Below are positions 1 through 9,465 of a stretch of DNA of 64,000 nt, piece by piece (within the stretch, counting starts at the first letter, position 1; every line of letters begins with the position of its first letter). The stretch comes from Negativicutes bacterium. Lineage in GTDB: Bacteria; Bacillota; Negativicutes; UBA1444. The notes under the pieces are model-generated. The model ran no database searches. It was not told where the DNA came from and saw only the letters and a program-made list of their open reading frames with translations. The stretch is from positions 160,001 through 224,000 of the forward strand of contig CAXXIN010000019.1 in NCBI GenBank assembly GCA_963665275.2, read 5' to 3'. The position numbers were made by a program, and so were the translations under genes.

Positions 1-978
1 CTGCCGGTCGCCGTCGACATTTTGAATGCACGGATGCGTAAACCGGTTCTGTTGCCGTGTTCCTATATTAATGCAGGGAATCCCATATACAGGAGCTTCC
101 CGCACACCCGCGCTGGAATTTCCGATGATAAAACGCGCATTCTTGAGCAGGGTGAGAAAGAATTCAAATCGCAGCGAGGGGAAAATTCGAAATCGCGGAT
201 TTCCTTCCAGATGCTTATAAGCCGCGAAAATATCTTCGCAACCCATGTCATTGTTCGGGTAAATCACAACATATTTGAGGTCGCTGCCCAAGACCGCCTC
301 TACCAGCTCATTGACCTGTTCGCGGATCATCACCTGCTCGGTGGTGACCGGATGAAACAGCAATATCGCATACTCGCCATAAGCAATATCGTAGTATTCC
401 TTTACAGTCTCAAGTGCCGGCAGATCATGGGACAGCATGAGGTCAATGTCCGGCGATCCGATCACATGAATGGCCCCGGGATCTTCCCCCAGTTGTTTCA
501 GGCGGTCTGCAGCCTCCTGATTGGCGACGAAATGCAGGTGAGAAAGTTTCGAGACGGAGTGGCGGATCAGTCCGTCAATCGTGCCGGAAATCTCACCGCC
601 TTCAATGTGGGAAACCAGGATATTGTTCAGTGCGCCGACAATTGCTCCGGCCAGCGCCTCCACCCTGTCCCCGTGGACCACAATCATATCCGGCCGGTAC
701 TCATTCACATAGCGCGACAACCCGGCGATGGTATTGGAAAGAACCAAATCCATCGGCTCGCCGATAATCTGGTTCATGAACACGTGAATGTTTCGGAAAC
801 CCGCCTTGTAAACTTCATCGACTGTGTACCCGTAACGGGACAGCGTGTGCATCCCGGTCACAAAAATCGAATATTCAAATGTCGCATCATCAGCCACCGA
901 TTGGATCAGCGATTTGAGTTTGCCAAAATCGGCGCGTGTTCCAGTCAAAAATAAGATTTTGCGGCGTTGGTCATCCAT
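1..978 (-). CDS. neuC: UDP-N-acetylglucosamine 2-epimerase (hydrolysing), 3' end runs off window
   Basis: Not in ORF track (open to the edge). Manual minus-strand translation from ATG 978: MDDQRRKILFLTGTRADFGKLKSLI...VTGMH...VHGDRVEALAGA...HIEGGEISGTID...GNSSAG; overlaps the neuB stop. Confidence 0.92.
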   Translation of the reverse strand, partial: MDDQRRKILFLTGTRADFGKLKSLIQSVADDATFEYSIFVTGMHTLSRYGYTVDEVYKAGFRNIHVFMNQIIGEPMDLVLSNTIAGLSRYVNEYRPDMIVVHGDRVEALAGAIVGALNNILVSHIEGGEISGTIDGLIRHSVSKLSHLHFVANQEAADRLKQLGEDPGAIHVIGSPDIDLMLSHDLPALETVKEYYDIAYGEYAILLFHPVTTEQVMIREQVNELVEAVLGSDLKYVVIYPNNDMGCEDIFAAYKHLEGNPRFRIFPSLRFEFFLTLLKNARFIIGNSSAGVREAPVYGIPCINIGTRQQNRFTHPCIQNVDGDRQ

Positions 979-2005
979 CGAAATCACTCCAGCGAATTTG
1001 CGTATTGCGAGTTACAGGCTGTTTTGCCGCTTTCCCCAACACCCGGTCATAAAACTCCGCCTTGATTTCTCCTGTCCCAGGCCTTTTGACCCAAACATTA
1101 TCCGCAGTAAATAATTCTCCAGCACCGATGTCTGCGGTTGCAACCACGCAGGCATAAGCAAAATCGATCGTGGGCTGTTCTTCCGTCAGTATATTTTTAC
1201 TGCCGCCCAAGGCCTGATGAATAATTCGGCTTCCCTGCACCAACGCTCTCAAATCGTCAGGATCCATGGAAATATTGATATCCGGTCCCGGCCAGCTTTT
1301 ATCGGAGGTAAAGTGTCGCTCCAAAATGCTCCCCCCCAAAGACACAGCCCCCAGGCAGGGATAATTGGACAACGAATGATCGGAAAGCCCTACCACGGCA
1401 TCCGGGAATTCCTCCATCAATTCTGGAATCGCCCCCAGCCGCACTTTATCATACGGTGTGGGATAGATGCTCGTGCAGTGCAGCAATGCAAAAGGAACCC
1501 TATACCGACGCAGAATGTCGACCGATTTGCGGACGCTTTCCAGATTGTTCATGCCAGTGCTGAGAATGATGGGCTTGCCATATTGGGCAATATGTTCGAT
1601 CAGCGGATAGTTGTTGCATTCCCCTGAACCTATCTTGTAGGCGGAAACCGCCATTTTTTCCAACCGAACCGCAGCGGCGCGGGAAAAAGGCGTACTCAGA
1701 AAAATCAGGCCCTTTTTCTCAACATATTCCTTCAGGGCCCATTCTTCTTCTTCGTGCAGAGCGCACCTCTTCATGATTTCCCAAATGCTTTCGCTGGCGT
1801 TCCCTGGAATCACATTATTCGGGATCATTTCATCCTCGATGATATGAGTCTGGAACTTGACGCACTCACAGCCGGAAGCAGCGGCATCATCTATCATTTT
1901 TACAGCTTTTTCAAAACTACCCTCATGATTGATGCCAATCTCGGCAATGACAAACGGAGCATGCATCGGGCCGATTTTTCGGCCGGCAATTTCAATTTCT
2001 CTCAT
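971..2005 (-). CDS. neuB: N-acetylneuraminate/nonulosonic acid synthase with C-terminal SAF domain
   Basis: IAEIGINHEG, VKFQTH, LSTPFS, YKIGSGE, LHCTSIYP, GLSDHS, ERHFT motifs; C-terminal KRPGTGEI. Confidence 0.95.
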   Translation of the reverse strand: MREIEIAGRKIGPMHAPFVIAEIGINHEGSFEKAVKMIDDAAASGCECVKFQTHIIEDEMIPNNVIPGNASESIWEIMKRCALHEEEEWALKEYVEKKGLIFLSTPFSRAAAVRLEKMAVSAYKIGSGECNNYPLIEHIAQYGKPIILSTGMNNLESVRKSVDILRRYRVPFALLHCTSIYPTPYDKVRLGAIPELMEEFPDAVVGLSDHSLSNYPCLGAVSLGGSILERHFTSDKSWPGPDINISMDPDDLRALVQGSRIIHQALGGSKNILTEEQPTIDFAYACVVATADIGAGELFTADNVWVKRPGTGEIKAEFYDRVLGKAAKQPVTRNTQIRWSDFDG

Positions 2006-2014
2006 TCTGCACCC

Positions 2015-3226
2015 CTACGAGATTTGATGCCGAAGTATCCAGTCCCCGTTCTCTTGCTTCCAAAGATGCGGAGAACGCGCCTGATTGATAATCTCCCAAA
2101 AACGACTTTCGGGAATCTGCATATAATCCAAGATTTCTTTAAAATATTTTGCCGGGAACTCATGGTCATACCTGCGAATCAAAGCTACGCCTTCTTCACG
2201 CGTGATCTTGCCTGTCCGCACTTCCTGCGCGCTGTCATAGGTCGCGCGGCCAATCCCGAACTTGATGAAGGTCGTATAGTAATGCAGCGGATCAATGCGG
2301 TCATCGATGGAGCTATATTTGGAGTAAGAGCCTTCAGTCCTCTCCGTATTGGCTTCGAATCCAGTTTTCTCCGATGCATAGTAGTAGCATTCCTGTGGAT
2401 CCCACTTGATATAGTAACTCAAATAATGCACTTCGGTTCCTATTTTGCGCAGTTTCCCGCCGTCGACGGGGAGATAAGGATTGAGGTCCTTTCGGTCCAC
2501 TCCGTACTCCTCGATCAGCTCTTTTGCACTCACTCCACCCAGATACAACGCATCAAGGTCGGGTTTTTCCTCATAAAACACCGGGTTCATGGTCGGCCGG
2601 TCGTTTTCTTCGATGTTGTTCCCATACTCCGCCTGATTTTCACCGTAAAAGACCAGCGGAATTCCATACATCCCGGAAAACCGGGGTGCGATCATCCGCT
2701 GACCGATAATAAAAGGCTGAAAAGGGTGAACCAATTTTTCAAAGGCCAGTCGTGTCAGCAGGCGATGAACCTGTCCGTTCGGCGAAAACAGGATATTGTC
2801 AAATCCGCCATGAATCCAGGTCTGCATGTTTTTCCAGCCAATATCGGTGTACTTATGAGGCGCCCAGGTCACCGTCAGCGGATTCATTCCATATTTGAAT
2901 TTCAACAGATGGGAGACGAAAATGCTGTCCTTGCCGCCGCTGCCTGGCACGATGCAATCGTAGGAGCCGTCCTTGCTGCGATGTTTGTCGCAAAGGTCCA
3001 GCAACTCTTTTTCACGCTGTTCCCAGTCAATTTTGGTATCCTTGATTTCCTGAAATCGGCAGGCGCTGCACACTCCCTCCGAATCGAATTCAATAGTAGG
3101 CTTTTTATCAGAGGGCCTGTTCTTGAATTCCACCACCGAACTGGGCCGCTGATTGGAAACCGTGCATTTCGTACAGAACTTTACCTCGGACGGAAGACCG
3201 TAGTAAGCGTCCAATTTCTCCTCCAT
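2015..3226 (-). CDS. N-acetyl sugar amidotransferase (PP-loop, WbpG/PtmG-like)
   Basis: CTKC...CSAC Zn motif, YDCIVPGSGGKDS PP-loop, KFGIGRAT..EVR.G.ITREEG. Confidence 0.9.
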   Translation of the reverse strand: MEEKLDAYYGLPSEVKFCTKCTVSNQRPSSVVEFKNRPSDKKPTIEFDSEGVCSACRFQEIKDTKIDWEQREKELLDLCDKHRSKDGSYDCIVPGSGGKDSIFVSHLLKFKYGMNPLTVTWAPHKYTDIGWKNMQTWIHGGFDNILFSPNGQVHRLLTRLAFEKLVHPFQPFIIGQRMIAPRFSGMYGIPLVFYGENQAEYGNNIEENDRPTMNPVFYEEKPDLDALYLGGVSAKELIEEYGVDRKDLNPYLPVDGGKLRKIGTEVHYLSYYIKWDPQECYYYASEKTGFEANTERTEGSYSKYSSIDDRIDPLHYYTTFIKFGIGRATYDSAQEVRTGKITREEGVALIRRYDHEFPAKYFKEILDYMQIPESRFWEIINQARSPHLWKQENGDWILRHQIS

Positions 3227-3239
3227 AAGCCCCTCCAGT

Positions 3240-3512
3240 TTATGCTGTGTATTTCATAATCAAAGGTTTAATTTCATACCATAGCGTATCCCGTATCGAC
3301 ACAAAATCACGGCGTCCTTGCGCGGCTAAAATATCATTCAACCGCTTATTCAACTTCTTTTGATCTGCTTTGGCGAGTGCCTGAAGTTGGCTCAAAGTGC
3401 CAATGATGCCGAGGAACGACTCCGTCAGAAGATCGGGTTCCATGCGAAATGACTGCAAATAATATAGGTTGATCTGCTCGATCAAAAGTTTTTCGCGTTC
3501 ATTCCCCATCAT
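3240..3512 (-). CDS. small hypothetical protein coupled to maf
   Basis: ATGA overlap with the maf stop; helical MMGNEREKLL...DFVSIRDTLWYEIKP. Confidence 0.65.
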   Translation of the reverse strand: MMGNEREKLLIEQINLYYLQSFRMEPDLLTESFLGIIGTLSQLQALAKADQKKLNKRLNDILAAQGRRDFVSIRDTLWYEIKPLIMKYTA

Positions 3513-5200
3513 TCTCCCAATTCTCCAATGTCCAAGTTTTCCTGAAGTCCCATCCGAGTCTCGCGAATAACTTCTTGTAAAAAGCCGATCCAATACAAAC
3601 AGCGCTGGCGCAACATTTCTTCATCATTCTCAGCACCTGGCACCTGTTCGCGCATCCGGATTCGGCAAGCCATGATGACCGGATCGATAACGGCCTGTAG
3701 GATGGAAATGCCTTTATTTTTTTGTATTTTATTTATGAACGGTTCCAATCCCATACTGTCAGAATGTACGGCTTCACAGAATTCATACAATTCATCTTGT
3801 ATGTTTTTCAATTCTCTGTCAAGCGCAACAAATCCTTTTTCATCTTGTTCCGGTAGTTCGCCCATGTCCATCAAAAACGGCTGCTGAAAACTGCTATGCA
3901 AAACTTCTGCCAGAGGTAGATGCATTGCGCCCGAAATCAATGCGCCGCCCTCCGTTGCATTGATAAAATCAGTACCGGGGTACTGTTTAATATACTCTTG
4001 CAGATACATTAGAATCGCCCTGAGGTCGGTAGGAGTCGTGAGCACCGATCCGTCAGCTCCGGGAACTTCCGTCAAATAGTTCGTGTCGTCGATAAAGACC
4101 TGATTGACTCCATCAGCGTACCGCTTATTCTTCCCTTCGTAAGCCAAGTCCTGACCGACGAAAACGATTGGGTTGCATCCCGCCTGCCTGGCAAAATCGA
4201 CCGCCATTGTCGTCACACTGATACTTTTCCGTAAAGTACCAGTTGCGGGAAAAAAATTTTGAAAGCGTTCCAAAATGTTAATTCCCTGTGTCAGCGCAAA
4301 ATAAATTTTTCCTTGGTGCTGTGCCAGCATTTCATACGCAGAATCATAAGCACTCAGGATGGCAGTGTCAGTCGTAAGGCAATTTATGAGATTTTCAGAT
4401 GCCTCAGGGAAAGGATCCGCCACCGCCAATATATGAGGCCTCACTCCGTAGTCCGCCAGAACTTTCATCGTGGAACCACAGGCGATCAGCAGTCCCCGCT
4501 CCTTGCATTGTTGCAGCAGGTGAATATTTTTTTTCAGGCTGGGACCAGCGCCAACAATAATTGCAGGCACACCTTGCAAACTATTCTGAAAACCAAGAGT
4601 CCCCGGGCTCCGAATTATTTTTCCAATATTTCGCCAGGCATTTTCAAACAAGAAAGATTTATTTTTCAGGTGATAATCCATATGGATTCGAAATCCCTCA
4701 GAAATTTCTCTATGGATATTTTTCCTAACTGTTTGGTAGTAGTTCGGGAAAATAGCCATCGCCGGAAAATAAGGGCAAACAACAACCTGATACAAGTGTT
4801 CCTCAACCATACGTGTTGACACACTTACAGATACGTCCATCGGATTGGTAATGCAACGTATTTCCAGACGCGAGTCTGAAATCCAGGTCTCTCCTTTGTA
4901 ATATTGCATGGCAGCTGCGGCTGGGCTGCAGTCCACCGTTGGTTCAACAACAATAATTCGACTGGTCCTGTCCATCGCATGCAAAAGCGCCTTAATATGA
5001 TGCCCGATACCAAAACCAAGCACAATATATAAAGTATGGGTAGTCATTTGCAGCGTTTTCAGCCAGTCCTGCGCTTCCGCAGAGGGATTGTAACGGCTGT
5101 GCAAAAAAAAGGTTTCTCGCCCATCGACGCTAACAGAGGCTGTCATCTCCTTGCCTAATAACGCCGGCGCCATGGTCACATGAACATGTTTTGTCTCCAT
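3509..5200 (-). CDS. motility-associated factor (Maf/DUF115) flagellin glycosyltransferase
   Basis: LHSRYNP.AEA, VLGFGIGHH, AIIVGAGPSL, IVFVGQDLAY, FINATEGGA; directly downstream of flagellin. Confidence 0.9.
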   Translation of the reverse strand: METKHVHVTMAPALLGKEMTASVSVDGRETFFLHSRYNPSAEAQDWLKTLQMTTHTLYIVLGFGIGHHIKALLHAMDRTSRIIVVEPTVDCSPAAAAMQYYKGETWISDSRLEIRCITNPMDVSVSVSTRMVEEHLYQVVVCPYFPAMAIFPNYYQTVRKNIHREISEGFRIHMDYHLKNKSFLFENAWRNIGKIIRSPGTLGFQNSLQGVPAIIVGAGPSLKKNIHLLQQCKERGLLIACGSTMKVLADYGVRPHILAVADPFPEASENLINCLTTDTAILSAYDSAYEMLAQHQGKIYFALTQGINILERFQNFFPATGTLRKSISVTTMAVDFARQAGCNPIVFVGQDLAYEGKNKRYADGVNQVFIDDTNYLTEVPGADGSVLTTPTDLRAILMYLQEYIKQYPGTDFINATEGGALISGAMHLPLAEVLHSSFQQPFLMDMGELPEQDEKGFVALDRELKNIQDELYEFCEAVHSDSMGLEPFINKIQKNKGISILQAVIDPVIMACRIRMREQVPGAENDEEMLRQRCLYWIGFLQEVIRETRMGLQENLDIGELGE

Positions 5201-5237
5201 CGCAATTCACCTCTTAGCTTTTTGTCCACTTGGACAG

Positions 5238-5270
5238 AAAGCCGGGACCGGATTATATCCCGGTCCCGGC
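5238..5270 (-). terminator. intrinsic terminator of flagellin
   Basis: GCCGGGACCGG/CCGGTCCCGGC 11-bp stem followed by a short T run on the minus strand. Confidence 0.8.
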
Positions 5271-5285
5271 TCAAAAACGGACTGA

Positions 5286-6527
5286 TTATTTGAGTAGCTG
5301 GAGGACTCCCTGCGGTTGTTGATTGGCCTGTGCCAACATCGCAGTCGCGGCTTGCGAGATGATGTTGTTTTTCGTGAAGGACATCATTTCTTTCGCCATG
5401 TCGACATCACGCACACGGGATTCAGCAGCCGTCAGGTTCTCGGATGAAGTGCCGAGGTTATTGATGGTATGCTCTAGGCGGTTCTGCAAAGCGCCCAGTG
5501 AAGATCGTTGTGTCGATACTTTTGTAATAGCCGAATCAATTACACGAATGGCTGTATTTGCCTGGGACTGCGTTTGGATCTGCAACCCTTTTACGCCCAA
5601 AGCTGAATCATTCATGGTGCTAATCGAAACATTCAGAGTTTGGTTCTGATTGGCGCCAATCGCCAACGTTGCGGTTCCGTTAGTTTGAACATTGGCGGCC
5701 GCAGTTGTTTCGCTGAAGCCAGACATTGCATTGGTGGCCGCAGTTTTGACAACTCCGTTGGAATCTTTAACCGTTAGGGTAAGTCCATTGACCGCACCGG
5801 CAAAACCAGCGGTTCCGGCGGTAGAGCCGATCGTTCCGGCAGTAATGGTAACCGCCGCATCTGTAAGTTGGGTATCAATGCTTGCGATGGTCGTAGCTGC
5901 TGCAACGGCAACGGTACTTGAGAACGTCGTTCCGTCTTTAACCCACGACACTTCAATGGTATCGCCAGAAACGATACCAAGACTGTTACCGCTGGCATCC
6001 GCATAATCAATCAGCAAAGCAGCTGTTACAACTGCCGCTGCTGCCGTGGTGGTTTTCAGTGAAGAATTGGTGTTGACGTTGGCAACCGCGGTATTGACCG
6101 CAGCTCCCATTTCTCCGTTGAGCAGTTTTTTGGTATTGAACTCGGTGGTGTCTGCAATTCGTTTAATTTCCGTGGTCAATTGTGTCATTTCATCTTGCAG
6201 GTTGACCCGGTCGGCAGCGGTATTGGTGTCGGAAGCCGACTGTACCGCCAATTCACGCATACGCTGCAGGATGCTGTGGGTTTCGTTCAGCGCGCCTTCA
6301 GCTGTTTGAATCATCGAGATGCCGTCCTGCGAGTTACGGGTGGCTTGGTCGAGGCCGCGGATCTGTCCGCGCATTTTTTCGGAAATCGCCAGACCGGCTG
6401 CGTCATCGCCTGCACGGTTGATCCTGAGACCCGAGGACAGTTTTTCCAAAGACTTGCTTGTTTGTACGTTGGTTGCGGACAACCGGTTGTAGGTATTCAG
6501 AGCTGCTACGTTGTGATTGATAATCAT
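5286..6527 (-). CDS. hag: flagellin
   Basis: MIINHN...LSSGLRINRAGDDAAGLAISEKMR and LGALQNRLEHT...RDVDMAKEM...AQANQ termini. Confidence 0.98.
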   Translation of the reverse strand: MIINHNVAALNTYNRLSATNVQTSKSLEKLSSGLRINRAGDDAAGLAISEKMRGQIRGLDQATRNSQDGISMIQTAEGALNETHSILQRMRELAVQSASDTNTAADRVNLQDEMTQLTTEIKRIADTTEFNTKKLLNGEMGAAVNTAVANVNTNSSLKTTTAAAAVVTAALLIDYADASGNSLGIVSGDTIEVSWVKDGTTFSSTVAVAAATTIASIDTQLTDAAVTITAGTIGSTAGTAGFAGAVNGLTLTVKDSNGVVKTAATNAMSGFSETTAAANVQTNGTATLAIGANQNQTLNVSISTMNDSALGVKGLQIQTQSQANTAIRVIDSAITKVSTQRSSLGALQNRLEHTINNLGTSSENLTAAESRVRDVDMAKEMMSFTKNNIISQAATAMLAQANQQPQGVLQLLK

Positions 6528-6551
6528 GTTTTCTTCCTCCTTGATTTTTAC

Positions 6552-6571
6552 ATCGGGCTTCCTTGCCCGAT
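6552..6571 (-). promoter_or_regulatory. CsrA-binding hairpin in flagellin 5' UTR
   Basis: mRNA AUCGGGC-AAGGAA-GCCCGAU puts GGA in a hexaloop just upstream of the AAGGAGGA RBS, matching the CsrA/hag arrangement known in Bacillus. Confidence 0.8.
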
Positions 6572-6646
6572 TTTTTCGGACTGATTCGGCTGAAATTTTC
6601 CGTCGGCCGCCGGCAGAACTTCTACCGAATTACAATCTCATTATGT

Positions 6647-6673
6647 ATATCGAAAAGTCGCGACATTTCTTAA
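6647..6673 (-). promoter_or_regulatory. sigma28 (SigD/FliA) promoter of flagellin
   Basis: TTAA-N15-TTCGATAT. Confidence 0.7.
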
Positions 6674-6820
6674 TAGTTTCTTTGAAGATTTTAAACTTAT
6701 TTCTAAGATTATTTTTGCGACAACGCCAAATATATGCAAAAACGAACTCCCCCGCCTAGAACAATCATTCTACGACAGGGGAGTATTGAGCTATAACAAA
6801 AGCAGACACTTCAATTTCGT

Positions 6821-7060
6821 CTACAGATTTTTCTTCATCTGGGCGACTTTCAATTCACTCAGTCCGGTGATTTCAGTTGTCAATGCAGCCTCTCGGTTTT
6901 CGGCAACGATAGCTTCATAGATTTCCCCACGATATACCTTCACGTCGCGCGGGGCATCGATCCCGAGCCTAATGCTGTCGCCCTTGACCTCAACGACAGT
7001 GAGCACGACGTTATCGCCAATAACAATACGCTCGCCAGGTTTGCGGGTCAATACCAACAT
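6821..7060 (-). CDS. csrA: carbon storage regulator CsrA
   Basis: [16 protein letters not shown]...[17 protein letters not shown]. Confidence 0.97.
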   Translation of the reverse strand: MLVLTRKPGERIVIGDNVVLTVVEVKGDSIRLGIDAPRDVKVYRGEIYEAIVAENREAALTTEITGLSELKVAQMKKNL

Positions 7061-7062
7061 GG

Positions 7063-7524
7063 CTATTTGCTCCCTTCGGCAAGGGTTTTATTGCCAGAGT
7101 CTGGCGCAAACAGCCGATAACGGGTAGGGTAGTCGCTTTTCTCCAGAACGATCTGAACCGCTTTGCGGTCCCGAGCATTGATGAGCAATGGCGCCACCAA
7201 ATTTACCGTCATATTTTCCGCCTTATCCTTCACTGTTGCGATATTGAAGACAGACGGCGGATTATCTGCCGTCAGACCGATTTCTTCAGCCAACTGGTCA
7301 TCCAGGGAAAATTCATAATCCGTGAAAAATGCAAACGGGTCGATGAGTAAAAAGGCCAAATCCGCGTCAGTCATTGACTGCAAAAAATAAAAAGGACTAT
7401 CCTGTTGATACTCCAAGAAAGCAAACTTATTTTCTTCCGGGAATCCGGGCATTCCATGGGGAAATGCCAAAATATTTTTCTCAGCCACATCCAGTTCACC
7501 GAAACGCGTTGATTTTACCTGCAC
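7063..7524 (-). CDS. fliW: flagellar assembly factor FliW
   Basis: STRFGEL...FPHGMPGF...LQS...DPFAFF...TVNLVAPL. Confidence 0.95.
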   Translation of the reverse strand: MQVKSTRFGELDVAEKNILAFPHGMPGFPEENKFAFLEYQQDSPFYFLQSMTDADLAFLLIDPFAFFTDYEFSLDDQLAEEIGLTADNPPSVFNIATVKDKAENMTVNLVAPLLINARDRKAVQIVLEKSDYPTRYRLFAPDSGNKTLAEGSK

Positions 7525-7550
7525 GAGTCATCCCTCCTCCGTATGTTACC

Positions 7551-7579
7551 AGTATAATTCGCCTGACCGAAACTATCAA
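7551..7579 (-). promoter_or_regulatory. sigmaA-type promoter of fliW-csrA
   Basis: TTGATA-N17-TATACT just upstream of the GGAGGAGG RBS. Confidence 0.6.
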
Positions 7580-7614
7580 GAGAAAGGCGCGACGCTCTAT
7601 CTCTTTGGCATTTC

Positions 7615-8184
7615 CTAACTTCGCACATCCACACTGTTGCCGGCCTCTACAGTCCAAAATTTTATGCTGGGATACTGAGCCACACGAATATCCACCGTGC
7701 CGCGGGTCAATTCGCCTGTCACGCCGCCTTGCTGCACCATTACGTTCAGCGTGCCCCGTACCCGGTCAATTTCAACCGCTCCCGCTTCATAGTTCATTGT
7801 CGGCATCGGCTTGGGCGCAATCGTGACTTCCACAGTTCCGGGAGTACTGCGTTCCACCCCTATCTGTATGATCGTTGCCCCTCCTGGAGCAATTTGGGCC
7901 AGACGGTCTCCGTCTCTCGCAACCATTGCCGTAACCTCTTGTGATGTCTGCAAACCCTGTTGGGCAAAGTCGCCGATCATATCCGGCAGGCTTTTAATTC
8001 CCAAAGCAGCCCGACTCTCATAGGAGTCGATTGTCAGGCGACCCGGTGATTGTTGAATATCAAACCGCCCATTGTCCGACTCCATCTCCATCTGCGCAGG
8101 TTGGCTTTGCAGATTCAGCACAGGCCGCTGACTGCTCAAGTCCAGACGCATCGGTTGGATAGACATTTGCAGTTGAAGTCTCAT
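7615..8184 (-). CDS. YviE/DUF6470-family flagellar cluster protein
   Basis: Position between flgL and fliW; LTIDSYESRAALG...ARDGDRLA pattern. Confidence 0.75.
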   Translation of the reverse strand: MRLQLQMSIQPMRLDLSSQRPVLNLQSQPAQMEMESDNGRFDIQQSPGRLTIDSYESRAALGIKSLPDMIGDFAQQGLQTSQEVTAMVARDGDRLAQIAPGGATIIQIGVERSTPGTVEVTIAPKPMPTMNYEAGAVEIDRVRGTLNVMVQQGGVTGELTRGTVDIRVAQYPSIKFWTVEAGNSVDVRS

Positions 8185-8214
8185 TTTTTATCCTTTAGAC
8201 CGTTATTATGAGCA

Positions 8215-9453
8215 CTATTTTAAGAAATCTACCAAAGATTGCGGCATGATTTTAGACCCCATGGACAACGCGGCATTGTATACATTTTCGCTGCTTTTGA
8301 AATCCACGATAGCTTTGGCAATATCCAGGTCTTCATTCTTTGACAGCGCTTCCGTTATGGTCGTATTATCGTTGTTCAGCATGTTTTCCATCATGGCATA
8401 GGTCGAGCTGCGAACTCCCACTTCCGTCTGGGCCTGCAGCACATAATCATGCCCAGCTTTCACATTCACCATTCCTACCGATGAAAGCCAATTCACATCC
8501 GGGGTGCTTTTGAGCGGAACGGAAAAGGAATAAGTATCGTTGTTCACGTTGGAAGCCGACGTGGCAACTTGCATTGTCATCCCTGTTGCGCCAAGCGTAA
8601 TGGTCGGTGGTGAACCGGCCCCTACTCCTGCCGCCAACCAGCTCACACCTCCGTCTAGGGAATATGTGGCAGTAGCTGCATCCCCTGCCGCAAAAGTATC
8701 GATTTTAACGACAAAATCCTGATATCCAGAACCGCTGAACGTCCCGCCAACCGTCGCTGCCCCTCCGGCGCTGTTGCTTTGGGTTGGTTGCGCAGACGTT
8801 TTCATCAGTTCGTTTTTTATCCGCAATAGATCATTAAAGGTCTTTAGCGTTGTCGTTGGCGGCGTCGTTGCCAACGTGACCGCAGGCCCGAATGCGTCGA
8901 TTCCTGTCAAATTCACACTATCTTGACTCGGTGTGGCAACGCCTGTTTTCAAAGGCATGGAGATCTTATTTTCGTCCCCATGGTAAACAACGACCTCCAC
9001 CCCGTTGATCGTCTGACGCTCAAGCGGCAGTGTCTTATCGTTCTGCCCGGCGAAAAGATAGCGTTCGCCCAATTGGCTGTTACCAACAGCGATGGCTGAA
9101 TTGATCAGTCCGTCGATTTCTTTCCCAATGGCCTGCAATGATTCGACAGGTTTGGTGCCGTCAGCACTGATCACCAGTTCCTTCGCCCGGGTCATAATCG
9201 AGCTGATCTCCGACATTGCGCTATCCGTCGTATCCATCCAGGAGGTCGCATCCTTCACATTCTGGGTGAATTGTTCATTAGCCGCCAGGTTCGTATTGTA
9301 GGAAAGACTGTGAACAGCGCGCACTGGATCATCCGAAGGCCGGTGGATCAATTTTCCGTCCGTCAGCTGTTCCTGAAGCTTGGCCATCCGCTCCTGCGCC
9401 TTGTTAAAGCTGGACAAATAATTGTTGCTGATCATATTATTCGTAATGCGCAT
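8215..9453 (-). CDS. flgL: flagellar hook-associated protein 3
   Basis: MRITNNM...RPSDDPV...YLFAG...YNAAL..SKIMPQSLVDFLK. Confidence 0.95.
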   Translation of the reverse strand: MRITNNMISNNYLSSFNKAQERMAKLQEQLTDGKLIHRPSDDPVRAVHSLSYNTNLAANEQFTQNVKDATSWMDTTDSAMSEISSIMTRAKELVISADGTKPVESLQAIGKEIDGLINSAIAVGNSQLGERYLFAGQNDKTLPLERQTINGVEVVVYHGDENKISMPLKTGVATPSQDSVNLTGIDAFGPAVTLATTPPTTTLKTFNDLLRIKNELMKTSAQPTQSNSAGGAATVGGTFSGSGYQDFVVKIDTFAAGDAATATYSLDGGVSWLAAGVGAGSPPTITLGATGMTMQVATSASNVNNDTYSFSVPLKSTPDVNWLSSVGMVNVKAGHDYVLQAQTEVGVRSSTYAMMENMLNNDNTTITEALSKNEDLDIAKAIVDFKSSENVYNAALSMGSKIMPQSLVDFLK

Positions 9454-9465
9454 GCCTATTCACCC

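Noticed and set aside
22-954. 310-aa + strand ORF, and similar long antisense ORFs (1754-3259, 15476-17020, 23941-25026, 27063-28244, 39194-40456)
   Set aside because: Shadows of well-supported genes on the opposite strand; no recognisable motifs.
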